A stretch of DNA of 64,000 nucleotides from Candidatus Gottesmanbacteria bacterium (GTDB lineage Bacteria > Patescibacteriota > Microgenomatia > UBA10105 > UBA927): contig JACREN010000002.1 in the NCBI GenBank assembly GCA_016218255.1, forward strand, positions 4,029 through 68,028. The letters run 5' to 3'. The notes below the pieces were generated by a model that saw only the letters and a list, made by a program, of their open reading frames with translations, made no database searches and had not been told where the DNA came from. Shown here in pieces: positions 40,578-51,128 of the stretch (positions are counted from its first letter, which is position 1; each line of letters begins with the position of its first letter). Made by a program: the position numbers and the translations under genes.

Positions 40578-41861
40578 CTAGAGCCACTGCTTGGTGAGAT
40601 CAAGAAGCGATCCATCCTCAATGGCCCGCCGGATATCTTCCATCAGGGAATTAATGAAATGAATATTGTGAATCGTCGCCAATCGGTATGCCAACAACTC
40701 TTTTACCCGAAACAAATGATGGATATATGCCCTGGAAAAATGCTGGCAAGCATAGCATTCACAGCCTTCCTCAATTGGACGAATATCTTCTGCACATGCT
40801 TTTTTCGTAATATCCATTTCCCATTTTCTACTGGCAGCATTGATATATACGCATCCCACACGTGCGAGTCGGGTGGGCTGAACACAATCAAACGTATCCA
40901 TCCCGCGAGCGACAAGGGCAAAAATATCATCAATTTCCCCGACTCCCAATAGATGCCGCGGCTTTTCAACCGGAAGTAAGGGCACGACCCAATCCAAGAC
41001 ATCAACCATTTCTTTTTTCGTCTCGCCTACGGACACACCGCCGATCGCAATGCCGTCAAAATCTAGAGTACTGATGAACTTCGCTGATTCCTTCCGCAAA
41101 TCCTCATAGATACTCCCCTGAACCGATCCATACAGAGCCTGATACGGTTTTCCTAATTTTGCATTTTGCATTTTGATTTTTGCATTCGCGCTTAACGAGC
41201 GCGCCGCCCACCGATGCGTTCTGTCCATAGAAATCCGCGCTTTTTCGTGCGTCAGTCCATATGGGGTGCAATCATCGAATGCGATATGTATATCACTACC
41301 TAAAACCCATTGGTACTCCATGGCTTTTTCCGGTGTAAAAAAATGCTTCGTCCCGTCCCAGTGGGACCGGAACTCTGCGCCCTCATCAGAAATCTTGACA
41401 AGCGATGCGATGGCGCGGGGAGCTGACAAAATTTTGTCCGGCTTCATTTTCTTTTTAGTATCAAGCCCATGGAACCGACTGCCTGAAACTGAAGACGGAT
41501 CTAAATTTTCGTCAGCGACCTCAGCGCCTTTACCACGACGGCCCAAAGAGAACACCTGAAATCCGCCGCTGTCTGTGATAATTGGTCCATCCCACCCCAT
41601 GAATTGGTGTAGGCCGCCGAATTTTTTTATGACGTCTAATCCCGGCCGAAGATATGTGTGATAAGTGTTAACAAAAAATAATTGCGTCCCGCACTCCCGT
41701 ATTTCTTCGGGAGTTAGCGATTTGACCGCGCCTTGTGTCCCCACCGGCACGAACGCCGGGGTTTGAATAATGCCATGCGGCGTCATGATCTCCCCCACCC
41801 GCGCTTTCGTCTTTTTGTCCTTTGCCTGTACCCGGAACCCAAAATCAACCATAAACAACAT
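40578..41861 (-). CDS. tgt: tRNA-guanine transglycosylase (queuine tRNA-ribosyltransferase)
   Basis: PAFVPVGTQGAVKSLT, Zn site CECYACQHFSRAYIHHL; about 50-aa insertion relative to typical 375-aa Tgt. Confidence 0.9.
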   Translation of the reverse strand: MLFMVDFGFRVQAKDKKTKARVGEIMTPHGIIQTPAFVPVGTQGAVKSLTPEEIRECGTQLFFVNTYHTYLRPGLDVIKKFGGLHQFMGWDGPIITDSGGFQVFSLGRRGKGAEVADENLDPSSVSGSRFHGLDTKKKMKPDKILSAPRAIASLVKISDEGAEFRSHWDGTKHFFTPEKAMEYQWVLGSDIHIAFDDCTPYGLTHEKARISMDRTHRWAARSLSANAKIKMQNAKLGKPYQALYGSVQGSIYEDLRKESAKFISTLDFDGIAIGGVSVGETKKEMVDVLDWVVPLLPVEKPRHLLGVGEIDDIFALVARGMDTFDCVQPTRLARVGCVYINAASRKWEMDITKKACAEDIRPIEEGCECYACQHFSRAYIHHLFRVKELLAYRLATIHNIHFINSLMEDIRRAIEDGSLLDLTKQWL

Positions 41862-42430
41862 TGTATCATGACATTGACAATTATACGTTTACTTTGATAG
41901 AATCTGCCAAACAGTTTCTTATGCCTACCGTCGAAGCTCCTCATTGGGAAACACTTATCAAAGAATGTCACCAACATCCGCTGCAGGCGGATATGGAAAT
42001 CATTCAGACAATGATCGACACTCTCAATACCCAAACGCTTCAAACCGGATATGAATTTCATCTTCAGCAAATCGTTGACAACGTCGTTCCTCCCAACGTC
42101 GCCCCTCTTTACCATGACGGTCACGAATGGACCAAACCAATAAAAGCAGAAAAGACCGGAGATGTCATATTGGGCGTACTCAGCAAGCTTCCGGCATCGG
42201 TACGGAACGGATCTGACGAATTATACGAGGCCTACCAAGTGCGACTGGACGATTTCAATTCATTCGAACATGTGATGGGCACGACCACCCTCCTTATCGT
42301 ATTTCTCAGCGTCCGAAATGAAGCAGACGCGTGCTATTTTTTTCCGGATGATACGGATTCCGTAACCAACTGGGAAGTATTGAAAGACATGCATGCAAAA
42401 CAGTTTCCTCAGATCGGCGACATCTCATAA
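41861..42430 (+). CDS. hypothetical protein
   Basis: 189-aa ORF, no motif; true start may be downstream (MPTVEAP...) since the annotated start overlaps tgt start. Confidence 0.4.
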   Translation: MYHDIDNYTFTLIESAKQFLMPTVEAPHWETLIKECHQHPLQADMEIIQTMIDTLNTQTLQTGYEFHLQQIVDNVVPPNVAPLYHDGHEWTKPIKAEKTGDVILGVLSKLPASVRNGSDELYEAYQVRLDDFNSFEHVMGTTTLLIVFLSVRNEADACYFFPDDTDSVTNWEVLKDMHAKQFPQIGDIS

Positions 42431-42495
42431 GCAATGCCATCGTCCTCTATAAAGCACCAGAAGCGGAGCAAGGGTCTGGGAGAAGAAGATATAAG

Positions 42496-44229
42496 CTAAC
42501 CAACCCCATGCTCGATCTTGAGTCGTGAGATTTTCCCGGAAAGGTCATCAGCTGGGACGCCGAAATCCGAAAGTACGCGGGAGACGATCGAGATGGCCGC
42601 TTCAAATTCCGGCTGGACTATCGTGTGCACACCCAATGATTTGAGATGCCGCTGATCTTCTTCATGGTGGCAGCGGCAGAGAATTTTTATGCGCCGGTTG
42701 AGCGTCTGGGCATGAGCGATAATCATTTCTTGCGTATGCTTGTCCGGTATGGCAATAATGATGGCTCGTGCGCGATCCACCTGGGCATAATCAAGCACTT
42801 CTGTATCAGCCGGATCGCCAAAGATAACCGCGATACTTTTTGCTTTCAGTGCAGCCACAGTCGTCTGATCGTAATCCACAACCAAAAATGGAATATTGGC
42901 CATTTGCAGTGCACGTCCGATGTACTTCCCCACCCGGCCGTAGCCACAGATAACTATATGATCCGATAAAGGCAGCTCTTCTCTGTTCACCATAAACTGC
43001 TCATCGCCCTGCCGGAATATCCGCGGCCATCGACTACCCAACGTGTGATACACCCAATAGTATAATCGGTGACCGTGTGCGATAACCGGCGCATTGAGGA
43101 GTATCGTCATAAAAACCAGGGAAACAATCAGATTGGCATCCGATGAAGTAAGTACACCCAGAGAAGCACCGACTGCAGCGATAATAAATCCAAACTCAGA
43201 CAACTGCCCCAAATACAAACCTACCAGAAAGGCAGTTTTTCTGTGATACCCTACATATCGGGAAAGGCCGTACACAACCACGCTTTTTACCACAATCATA
43301 CTCACTGCAAGCGACAGAATAACCGGCCACATCCCTGCAAGCGAACTGACTGATATCGTCATGCCCAAACTAACAAAAAAGACAACGGCAAATATGTCCC
43401 GCAACGGCCGAATTTCTGAAAAAATCGCATGATTCTGGCTCGTTTCCGCAACCAGCAGTCCTGCGATAAACGCTCCGAGGGCCGCGGACATCCCCAACGA
43501 ATACGTAGTAATACCGGCCAAAAAAACCAAACCAACCGTAAAAAGCACAAATATTTCCCTGCTACCGACAGAAGCAACTTTTCCCAATAATCTGGGTATC
43601 AGCGTTTTCCCCAAAAATACAATGACTGCCAAAGCAGTAATGGAAAATACGAGCGTTTTGCCGATGGCCCACATGGCGCCGGGAATAGTAACGGAATTCC
43701 CTATTACAACAGAAGCCACAGCCGGCAAAAGCAACATAATGGGTACCACCGCAAGATCCTGTATGACGAGCCAACCAGTGGCTATTTGACCAGGTACAGT
43801 GTCCAGTTCCCCCCTCTCGCTTAACAACTTAATAACAACTGCAGTAGATGAAAGCGATCCTGCAATAGCCACAAAAAAACTCGGAAGAAACGGTAACTTT
43901 AATGCAAATCCCGCAAACAGAAAAAGCAATGAACAGACAACAATCTGTGCTACAGCCGCCCAAAAAACGCTGCGCAGCACCGGACGGAGGCGGACAAACG
44001 AAAATTCCACTCCAAGAGTAAAAAGAAGGAGAGTGACCCCACTGTCTGCGATAGCTCTGAGAAATGACTGCTCCAGGATACCGGGGGCCACCGTACCCGC
44101 AACTAATCCTGCACTGATATATCCAATTATCATGGGCAAACGCAATGAATGGGCTATGATGCCACCAACTATTGCGGCAGTAAAAACAAGAAGTAATGTC
44201 GTAATCAGTGAAATGCTATGGGGCTCCAT
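42496..44229 (-). CDS. CPA2-family cation/proton antiporter with C-terminal RCK/TrkA-N domain (Kef-like)
   Basis: 12-13 TM helices then Rossmann DHIVICGYGRVGKYIGRAL. Confidence 0.8.
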   Translation of the reverse strand: MEPHSISLITTLLLVFTAAIVGGIIAHSLRLPMIIGYISAGLVAGTVAPGILEQSFLRAIADSGVTLLLFTLGVEFSFVRLRPVLRSVFWAAVAQIVVCSLLFLFAGFALKLPFLPSFFVAIAGSLSSTAVVIKLLSERGELDTVPGQIATGWLVIQDLAVVPIMLLLPAVASVVIGNSVTIPGAMWAIGKTLVFSITALAVIVFLGKTLIPRLLGKVASVGSREIFVLFTVGLVFLAGITTYSLGMSAALGAFIAGLLVAETSQNHAIFSEIRPLRDIFAVVFFVSLGMTISVSSLAGMWPVILSLAVSMIVVKSVVVYGLSRYVGYHRKTAFLVGLYLGQLSEFGFIIAAVGASLGVLTSSDANLIVSLVFMTILLNAPVIAHGHRLYYWVYHTLGSRWPRIFRQGDEQFMVNREELPLSDHIVICGYGRVGKYIGRALQMANIPFLVVDYDQTTVAALKAKSIAVIFGDPADTEVLDYAQVDRARAIIIAIPDKHTQEMIIAHAQTLNRRIKILCRCHHEEDQRHLKSLGVHTIVQPEFEAAISIVSRVLSDFGVPADDLSGKISRLKIEHGVG

Positions 44230-44992
44230 GGATAATTGTATTCATATCATCGGGTATCGGTGCTTCTATTGCAAGAGTCTCCCCGCTGTTTGGGTGAGAA
44301 AATGACATTTTCCAAGCGTGAAGCATTACTCTAGGTGCCCACCGTCGATCATCCCTCGCCGTCTTCCTACCTGCATACAGATAATCGCCCACAATCGCAT
44401 GGTTGATATACTTAAGATGCACTCGTATCTGATGAGTCCTGCCTGTCTCGGGGTAAAGCTCCACTAGAGAAAGCAAGGCGCTACGCAAATCCTTTGGATT
44501 TCCGCTATGATGAGGAGCGGGAAACGATGATCGGACAGTATATCTCGTCACGGCTTCCTTTCCGCCCGGCACGATGCCGAAGTGCTCCCGGTTCCACGGC
44601 AACCTCCCCACCGGTGCACGGATTTCTCCGCGTTCCGGCGTGACAGCGCCGTGTGCAATAGCAAGATAGGTTTTTTTCACAATACGTTCCTTAAACTGGC
44701 GCTGCAGCTCGATAAATGCCTCAGGTGTTTTTGCGATGAGGAGGCACCCTGAGGTTTCTTTATCAATACGATGCACAATCCCCGCCCGATCGCAAAAATC
44801 ACTATTCTGATCTGACGGCTGACAGTTGACGGCTGACAACTTCTTCTCCATCCACTCCTGAACCGTCTCAACCTTTACGCTCTCTGCGCGGTTTACCACG
44901 ATGCCGGGAGGCTTATTGATAACCGTAAGTGTATCGTCTTCAAAGAGTATGGGGATATTCACGCTACTTTTTTTTCTTTGTCTCACAGGCAA
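44216..44992 (-). CDS. RluA-family pseudouridine synthase
   Basis: Catalytic motif HRIDKETSGCLLIAK; 258 aa, no S4 domain. Confidence 0.8.
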   Translation of the reverse strand: MPVRQRKKSSVNIPILFEDDTLTVINKPPGIVVNRAESVKVETVQEWMEKKLSAVNCQPSDQNSDFCDRAGIVHRIDKETSGCLLIAKTPEAFIELQRQFKERIVKKTYLAIAHGAVTPERGEIRAPVGRLPWNREHFGIVPGGKEAVTRYTVRSSFPAPHHSGNPKDLRSALLSLVELYPETGRTHQIRVHLKYINHAIVGDYLYAGRKTARDDRRWAPRVMLHAWKMSFSHPNSGETLAIEAPIPDDMNTIIHGAP

Positions 44993-45326
44993 GGCATAAT
45001 GTTGCCGTAGGCAATATAGCCAGCCGGTCCGTATCGATCATGTCTTTGCACTCTTCACAATATCCGTACGTCCCCTGTGAAATGCGTACGAGCGCGCTGT
45101 TGATCCGAACAAGTTCTTCTTTCATCTCTTCAATCATGGCCGTAAAACGGTCATGACTGGATTCCTCACTCGCCTCTGCATCTGACGCCGCATTGTCATT
45201 CAGCCTGTCCGGGTCGGAAAACGGATCCTGAGCCGTCAACTGTGCGATGCGCGCGATAACCCTCTGCTTTTCTTCTGCAAGATGTTGCTGCAGCTTCAAT
45301 AGAACATCACTTGGAAAACTTTGCAT
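44964..45326 (-). CDS. DksA/TraR-family C4 zinc-finger protein
   Basis: Coiled-coil N-terminus, C-terminal CEECKDMIDTDRLAILPTATLCLAC. Confidence 0.7.
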   Translation of the reverse strand: MQSFPSDVLLKLQQHLAEEKQRVIARIAQLTAQDPFSDPDRLNDNAASDAEASEESSHDRFTAMIEEMKEELVRINSALVRISQGTYGYCEECKDMIDTDRLAILPTATLCLACETKKKK

Positions 45327-46131
45327 AGATACTCCTTTTTATATTCGCAATCACGGGACGGATTTTTTCCCTTCCGCCGCCGCGCACATAAAACGCGCCC
45401 AGGCTTTCAGCAAATAGTGCCACCAAAACCCACTGATTGGCGCGTAGCCCCAAGTATACAGGATTCTCCTTAAAAAATTCAAGAGCGAACTCACCGATAC
45501 TAAATAACAGAACAAACCATATACCAACCAAACCATACGGCCATTTATCCCGTTCTCCCCGCTTGCCCAATAACCAGATCAATACCAACACCACAATGAG
45601 CCAAAGAAGTTCATAGACCTGCACCGGATGACGGCGGCCCACATGTCCCGCATACGACACAGCCCACGGTAACGCCGCACTCAGCCCAACCTCTGCACCG
45701 TCCAGCAGCGATCCGATTTTCCCCAATATAAGAGCTGCCGGAAATGCATATGCCACACTATCGAGCACATGACCCAAACGCACACGATAAGACCTGGCCA
45801 GCGCAACGAGCATCGCAAGGCCTGCAATAAGCGCACCATATAATGACAATCCCGGCACAACCCACAGCGCTGCAGTCGCTAACCAGTCATTAGCAAATAG
45901 ATCGCGATGAAGAAACACATATCCCAACCGTCCGCCCACGATCGCCGCAATAGTAGCATAAAATGTCAGATCAAATATGCGATCCTCAGGCACAGCGACT
46001 GCACGCAATAATTTCCAAAAGACAAATGAAAAAACAAGCCACCCTGCGATTAGAAAGATACTGAAATTAAAAATCTGCAGAGGACCAATGGAAAAAAGTA
46101 TAGGAAACATGGTAAAAAATTTAAAACTCAA
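45307..46131 (-). CDS. lgt: prolipoprotein diacylglyceryl transferase
   Basis: Lgt motifs GGRLGYV and HPVQVYEL, 7 TM. Confidence 0.8.
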   Translation of the reverse strand: MSFKFFTMFPILFSIGPLQIFNFSIFLIAGWLVFSFVFWKLLRAVAVPEDRIFDLTFYATIAAIVGGRLGYVFLHRDLFANDWLATAALWVVPGLSLYGALIAGLAMLVALARSYRVRLGHVLDSVAYAFPAALILGKIGSLLDGAEVGLSAALPWAVSYAGHVGRRHPVQVYELLWLIVVLVLIWLLGKRGERDKWPYGLVGIWFVLLFSIGEFALEFFKENPVYLGLRANQWVLVALFAESLGAFYVRGGGREKIRPVIANIKRSIYAKFSK

Positions 46132-46170
46132 AGTTCAAAATTTTTGACTTTTTGAATTTTATATTTTGAT

Positions 46171-47445
46171 TTATGTCTTATTATACCTCACCCGCCACAC
46201 ACCATAACAGAGCACTACGACTCCCAGAAAAAAAATAACTTTTGCCACTCCGAACGTATCTGCCAATACACCGCCCAATACCACGGGAATCATGCCGACC
46301 CCACCTACGGCGGTCGTCAGCATGCCATAAACGCGTCCCCGCATAGAGCCGGTTGCTTTTTCCTGTAGCGTACTGTTGGCAGGGACATCGAGAAAACTGT
46401 TTGCCACCCCCAAAAGGAAAAAAAGCGTCACTTCGACAGGTACAATGATATGTTTGGAGTATAACCAGCTCCACCACGGTATCTGCGTCAACGGCACCGT
46501 CGCCGCGATCAGAAGAAGAAGAACTCCAACAGAGACAATACCAATTTTTATAAGACGGATCTGACCGATCCGGTATCCCTGACTACCGACCCACAACGCA
46601 CCAAGAATAATGCCTATGACCGCAGGGCCAACGATAACCACCGAAGCGTCCCGTAAATCTATTTCCAGAACCCGATCCGCGAAACCCGGTGCCAATGATC
46701 CCAAAACCGCAATGATAATTTGCGTACCGGTAAGAAGTACAATTGCATCAGAAAGCATAGGCACGGAAAAAATATAGTCTAATCCATTGGTGACTTCCTG
46801 CCACATTTTCCCTACCAGCGTCCAAAGGTTATAACCACGAATCTTCAACAGGCTGGAAAAACCCTCACCCTGACGGGGTATATTTCGGACCATGAGACTG
46901 GCAACCAAAAACAGACCAGCCAAAAAAAGCACGGTATTCTGTGCGCCCAGAAGTTTGAGAAACGGGCCTGCCAAAATAAATCCGATCGCCATACTGCTGT
47001 AATATGTGAATGAAAATAAGCTATTGGCACGCACAAGTTGATCCCGCGGCACTAGCTTGGGTATCGTCGGGGCTTCTGCCGGAATATAGAACTGATTAAT
47101 AATGGCGTTTATACATACTAAAAAATATACGAGTGGCATATTCTTCAGGAAAAAGAAAAGAAAAAGCACCAATACGGCACGCAAAAAATCACAAAGGATA
47201 AGCACCATCCTGCGGTCCAGCCGGTCTACCACCGTGCCGGCTATCATACCAAAAATAAGAGCTGGGACTCCGTAAGCCAAAAACAACCCCGATACTGCAG
47301 TATTGCTGCCTGTTGCACGGTACACGACCAGCGCCAGTGTGAAGATCATCATGTTCATGGCGAGCTGGGAAAAAATCTGACCGAGCCACAGAAATCGGAA
47401 TGCGCGATTGGCAATCAGAAATTGCAACATACCCCATGATATCAT
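46171..47445 (-). CDS. MFS transporter
   Basis: 12 TM helices, MFS motif A-like GMIAGTVVDRLDRR. Confidence 0.75.
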   Translation of the reverse strand: MISWGMLQFLIANRAFRFLWLGQIFSQLAMNMMIFTLALVVYRATGSNTAVSGLFLAYGVPALIFGMIAGTVVDRLDRRMVLILCDFLRAVLVLFLFFFLKNMPLVYFLVCINAIINQFYIPAEAPTIPKLVPRDQLVRANSLFSFTYYSSMAIGFILAGPFLKLLGAQNTVLFLAGLFLVASLMVRNIPRQGEGFSSLLKIRGYNLWTLVGKMWQEVTNGLDYIFSVPMLSDAIVLLTGTQIIIAVLGSLAPGFADRVLEIDLRDASVVIVGPAVIGIILGALWVGSQGYRIGQIRLIKIGIVSVGVLLLLIAATVPLTQIPWWSWLYSKHIIVPVEVTLFFLLGVANSFLDVPANSTLQEKATGSMRGRVYGMLTTAVGGVGMIPVVLGGVLADTFGVAKVIFFLGVVVLCYGVWRVRYNKT

Positions 47446-47450
47446 ACAAT

Positions 47451-47930
47451 ATGCGTATGACTGCTACTGCACATGCACTGGTGGCCGGAGCGATAGCAAC
47501 AAAATTCTCTGATCCCGCCTCCGCCGCCATCCTCGCCCTCACGTCTCACTACATCATGGACAGCGTCCCTCATTGGGACTTTGGTACCAACTGGCGTTTA
47601 CGCAGCAAAACCGCAACCGGCACATTTGCGATCGCAGAAACGCTGTTCGGAATCGCCGCAAGCTGGTATTTTTTTGGCGGTAGTTCGCAGATCCTGCCGT
47701 TTCTGGCGGCGATTGCCGGCGCACTGCTGCCGGACTGGGCTGAAGCGCCATGGTATATATTTTTTGCTACCGCAAAAAAGAAGGAACCAACCAAAAATGC
47801 AGGAATGATCGAAAAGACGCTATTTCAGGCGTATAAAGTACAGAACAGATTTCATACCAAAGCCCAATTCCCCTTCGGATTCATCACTCAAGTCGCCACT
47901 GTAGTATTTTTCTTATTTCTCCTGAAGTAA
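47451..47930 (+). CDS. hypothetical membrane protein (possibly membrane-bound metal-dependent hydrolase-like)
   Basis: 4 hydrophobic helices, conserved-looking His (SHYIMDSVPHWDFG); start uncertain. Confidence 0.4.
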   Translation: MRMTATAHALVAGAIATKFSDPASAAILALTSHYIMDSVPHWDFGTNWRLRSKTATGTFAIAETLFGIAASWYFFGGSSQILPFLAAIAGALLPDWAEAPWYIFFATAKKKEPTKNAGMIEKTLFQAYKVQNRFHTKAQFPFGFITQVATVVFFLFLLK

Positions 47931-49439
47931 CCAGTTGATAAGCATCCGTACACCAAATCCGGTGCCTCCTTTTGGCGTCAACGGAGCCTCCTTTTCGGCA
48001 AACGCAGGACCTGCGATATCCAGATGTGCCCATGGAACGGTGTCCGGAACGAATTCCTGCAAAAATAACGCACCGTTAATGGCGCCACCATATCGCTTTC
48101 CTGAAATATTTTTGATATCCGCGACCGTACTTTTGAGAATTTCTTTGTATTCGCAGGCAAGAGGCAATTCCCACACTCGCTCGCCCGCTTGTCCGGCAGA
48201 TTTTTTGAGCGCATCACAAAGCGCGGGCGTATTTGCGAATAATCCTGCAATATCTTCCCCAAGCGCTACCATGCATGCGCCGGTGAGAGTCGCCAGATCC
48301 ACCAGGGCATCAGGTTTTACTTTTTCCACAGCATACGACAATGCATCGGCGAGCACAACGCGGCCTTCGGCATCGGTATTGAGAATTTCTATTGTCTTGC
48401 CATTCATCGCACTGACCACATCTCCGGGCTTAATGGCACTGCTTCCCGGCATATTTTCTGTGGCAGAAATAAGACCCACAATCGTAGCTTTTGGCTTTAG
48501 CAAGGGCAGAACACTGAATATTCCTAAAATAACCGCCGCCCCTGCCATATCGAGCTTCATCGTTTCCATGCTGTCCGAGGGTTTGAGTGAAAGTCCGCCG
48601 GTATCAAAGGTAATGCCTTTTCCGACAAGACAAAGCGTTTTGCGTCCACTTCCCCGATACGATAGCTTGATAAATTTTGGCTCCTCATCACTGCCCCGGG
48701 CAATTCCCAATATACCGCCCATGCCCAATGTCTCCATATCGCTTTTTCCCAGCACATCGCAGGTCATTTCTGACCGGCCTTTGGCAAGTGATTTCGCAAC
48801 ATTTCCCAAATGCGTCGGTGTTGTATATGATGGAGGCTCATTCACGAGATCTCGGGCAAAAACAACTGCCCGGGAAACAATCTCTCCCATATCCTTGCCA
48901 TACGCGGCTGCGTCCAACTTCCCTGCTGGCACCAGCAGCACAACATCATCTATGTGATGTTCCTTTTCCTGCGTTTCTTTGCTTTTGTGGCGGTTAAACT
49001 CATACGTTCCGAGGGACAGTCCCTCAACCATTCCCTGTGCTAATACCTGAATACTAAATGTGTTCAATAAGTCAAAAGGCATAGCAATCGCAATCCGTTT
49101 GGCATGGATCTTTTTTGCCTTCCGCCCTATCACAGCCGCCTGCTCCAGGAGATGCACCATCGTACATTCATTGGCCTTTCCCAAGCCCACCAACAACACC
49201 CGAGGCGCAGCAATACCACCATGTGTGTAAACAAGCTGAGTACTGCCGCGGTTTCCGTCAAACCCTTCAGCGCGGGATACGTCTGCAAGATCGCCATGCA
49301 ATACCTGATCAATGACCGATGCCTCATGAGAAAAAACCGCACTATCCCCGGCAAACACCACGATCATATCCGTGGCTATTTTTGTACTGTCCGTTGGTTT
49401 AACCGAGAATTTCATTCTACCTTTTGGGCGGCTGCCCAC
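47913..49439 (-). CDS. pepA: leucyl aminopeptidase (M17)
   Basis: M17 signature NTDAEGRVVLADAL, 508 aa. Confidence 0.9.
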   Translation of the reverse strand: MGSRPKGRMKFSVKPTDSTKIATDMIVVFAGDSAVFSHEASVIDQVLHGDLADVSRAEGFDGNRGSTQLVYTHGGIAAPRVLLVGLGKANECTMVHLLEQAAVIGRKAKKIHAKRIAIAMPFDLLNTFSIQVLAQGMVEGLSLGTYEFNRHKSKETQEKEHHIDDVVLLVPAGKLDAAAYGKDMGEIVSRAVVFARDLVNEPPSYTTPTHLGNVAKSLAKGRSEMTCDVLGKSDMETLGMGGILGIARGSDEEPKFIKLSYRGSGRKTLCLVGKGITFDTGGLSLKPSDSMETMKLDMAGAAVILGIFSVLPLLKPKATIVGLISATENMPGSSAIKPGDVVSAMNGKTIEILNTDAEGRVVLADALSYAVEKVKPDALVDLATLTGACMVALGEDIAGLFANTPALCDALKKSAGQAGERVWELPLACEYKEILKSTVADIKNISGKRYGGAINGALFLQEFVPDTVPWAHLDIAGPAFAEKEAPLTPKGGTGFGVRMLINWLLQEK

Positions 49440-49651
49440 GCATCTTCTTCCGAAACTATAGAAATGGCTGAAGCCTGATCATGCAACAATATTGTCGGCG
49501 TCCGTTGCTGTTTGCCCGCATATAACCACAACGCATCTACTTTCGATTCTGAATCGATTAACCTCAATACCCCTGCCCGCGATTGCGAACCAATGAGAGT
49601 TCCTTCCCGAAGAAGGAAAAATATTTCACCATTTGGCTCTACTTCGCTCAT
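49412..49651 (-). CDS. small hypothetical ORF upstream of pepA (79 aa)
   Basis: Only ORF evidence; overlaps pepA start by 28 bp. Confidence 0.25.
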   Translation of the reverse strand: MSEVEPNGEIFFLLREGTLIGSQSRAGVLRLIDSESKVDALWLYAGKQQRTPTILLHDQASAISIVSEEDAWAAAQKVE

Positions 49652-49673
49652 AACAGCTCCTATTCTGGACAGG

Positions 49674-49759
49674 TGTGCCTAGGGAGAGACTCGAACTCTC
49701 ATGGAGTGTTAGCCCCACAGGTTTTTGAGACCTGCGCGTCTACCGGTTCCGCCACCCAG
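49674..49759 (-). tRNA. tRNA-Leu (anticodon CAA)
   Basis: Minus-strand read GCCTGGGTGGCGGAACCGGTAGACGCGCAGGTCTCAAAAACCTGTGGGGCTAACACTCCATGAGAGTTCGAGTCTCTCCCTAGGCA: 7-bp acceptor (one G-U), D-arm, anticodon stem CAGGT/ACCTG with loop CTCAAAA, long variable arm, T-arm GAGAG-TTCGAGT-CTCTC; CCA not encoded. Confidence 0.85.
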
Positions 49760-49784
49760 GCAATCAATACTGCTCCGTATTATA

Positions 49785-51128
49785 TCACGCTGGGTTTACC
49801 GCTTCGTTCTGATGCTTTTCCACCGAATAAAAACGGATCCGGTCGCCACGGAACATAAGGTCAACTTCTCCCAATGGTCCGTTTCTATGCTTGGCAATAC
49901 GCAATTTGGTAGGTATTTGCTCTCCCCACGTGGTCTGATCTCCTTCTTCTCGATAGATGAACATCACGACATCGGCATCCTGCTCAATACTGCCGGATTC
50001 GCGCAGATCAGACAATTCCGGCACACGGGTGCCGCGCGCCTCCACTGCCCGGGAAAGCTGGGAGCATGCCAGTACCGGCAAACGTAATTCGCGCGCCAAA
50101 TTTTTCATGCTTTGGGATATAACAGATACCTCTTGCACCCGGTTATCGTATCTGCGCCCGGAATCAGCGAGCTGCAGGTAGTCAACGATAATAAACTTTA
50201 TCCCGTGTTCTACCTGAAGCCTGCGGGCTTTCGTACGCATTTCCAGAATATTTATACCCGGCGTATCATCAATGAAAATTGGTGCTTCGGCGAGTTCACC
50301 CATTGCCTCAGAGAGACGGGTAAAATCATCATCGGTTAACCTGCCGGTTTTGAGCTTCCATGCATCTATATCTGCCTGCGAGACCAACAACCGGTCCACC
50401 AGCTCTTCTTTGCTCATTTCAAGCGAGAAGATCCCAACCGGCATCTTTTCCTTTACCGCAACATATTGCGCGATATTGAGAACCATCGCCGTTTTCCCGG
50501 TGCCCGGACGGGCGGCCAGAATAATAAGGTTTGCATCCTGAAGTCCCGCAAGTTTGTTATCCAGTTCGGTAAATCCGGTCGGCACCCCACGAAGTCCTCC
50601 GGCTCGTTTATGAAGTTCATCGAGCCGATCAAAAGAAGACGCAAGGGCGTCTTTTATAGGAATAAAATCGCGGCGCATGGACGCCTGCGAGATCGCAAAA
50701 ATTTCCTGCTCGGCACGGTCTACTATCTGCTGCGCTGACCCTTCTTCCCGAAATGCGAGTTCGGTAATCTGGGCTGCTGCTGCCACGAGCTGGCGCTTAG
50801 TGAAATGCTCCTGAATAATCCGCGCATACCGCTCGGCGTGTGCGCTGGTGGGAACAGCATTAAGAAGGTCACTCACCGCCGAAGCTCCACCTGCATCCTT
50901 GAGCGTCCCGTTTTTTTTAAGCTGCGCCGTGACGGTCACTACATCGATCGGCTCATGAGATTCGTACAGCTCCAAAATAGAGCTATAAATAAGGCCATGG
51001 GATTCTTTATAAAAGTGTTCCGGACGAAGAAACTCCGCGACGTCTATCATCGCGTCTTTATCTATAAGAATAGCGCCGAGTACCGACTGCTCGGCCGTAT
51101 CATCATGTGGAGGGACTTTGGGGTTCAT
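49785..51128 (-). CDS. dnaB: replicative DNA helicase DnaB
   Basis: N-terminal AEQSVLGAILID; Walker A ILAARPGTGKTAMVLN; 447 aa. Confidence 0.9.
   Translation of the reverse strand: MNPKVPPHDDTAEQSVLGAILIDKDAMIDVAEFLRPEHFYKESHGLIYSSILELYESHEPIDVVTVTAQLKKNGTLKDAGGASAVSDLLNAVPTSAHAERYARIIQEHFTKRQLVAAAAQITELAFREEGSAQQIVDRAEQEIFAISQASMRRDFIPIKDALASSFDRLDELHKRAGGLRGVPTGFTELDNKLAGLQDANLIILAARPGTGKTAMVLNIAQYVAVKEKMPVGIFSLEMSKEELVDRLLVSQADIDAWKLKTGRLTDDDFTRLSEAMGELAEAPIFIDDTPGINILEMRTKARRLQVEHGIKFIIVDYLQLADSGRRYDNRVQEVSVISQSMKNLARELRLPVLACSQLSRAVEARGTRVPELSDLRESGSIEQDADVVMFIYREEGDQTTWGEQIPTKLRIAKHRNGPLGEVDLMFRGDRIRFYSVEKHQNEAVNPA

Noticed and set aside
41861-41920. Divergent genes with overlapping start codons (tgt and the 41861 ORF)
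   Set aside because: More likely the plus-strand gene starts at the downstream Met (MPTVEAP), since the overlap is with an unconserved N-terminal extension.
49412-49651. 79-aa ORF upstream of pepA as a confident gene
   Set aside because: It is retained only as a low-confidence feature. It has no motif, overlaps the pepA start, and lies next to the tRNA-Leu.
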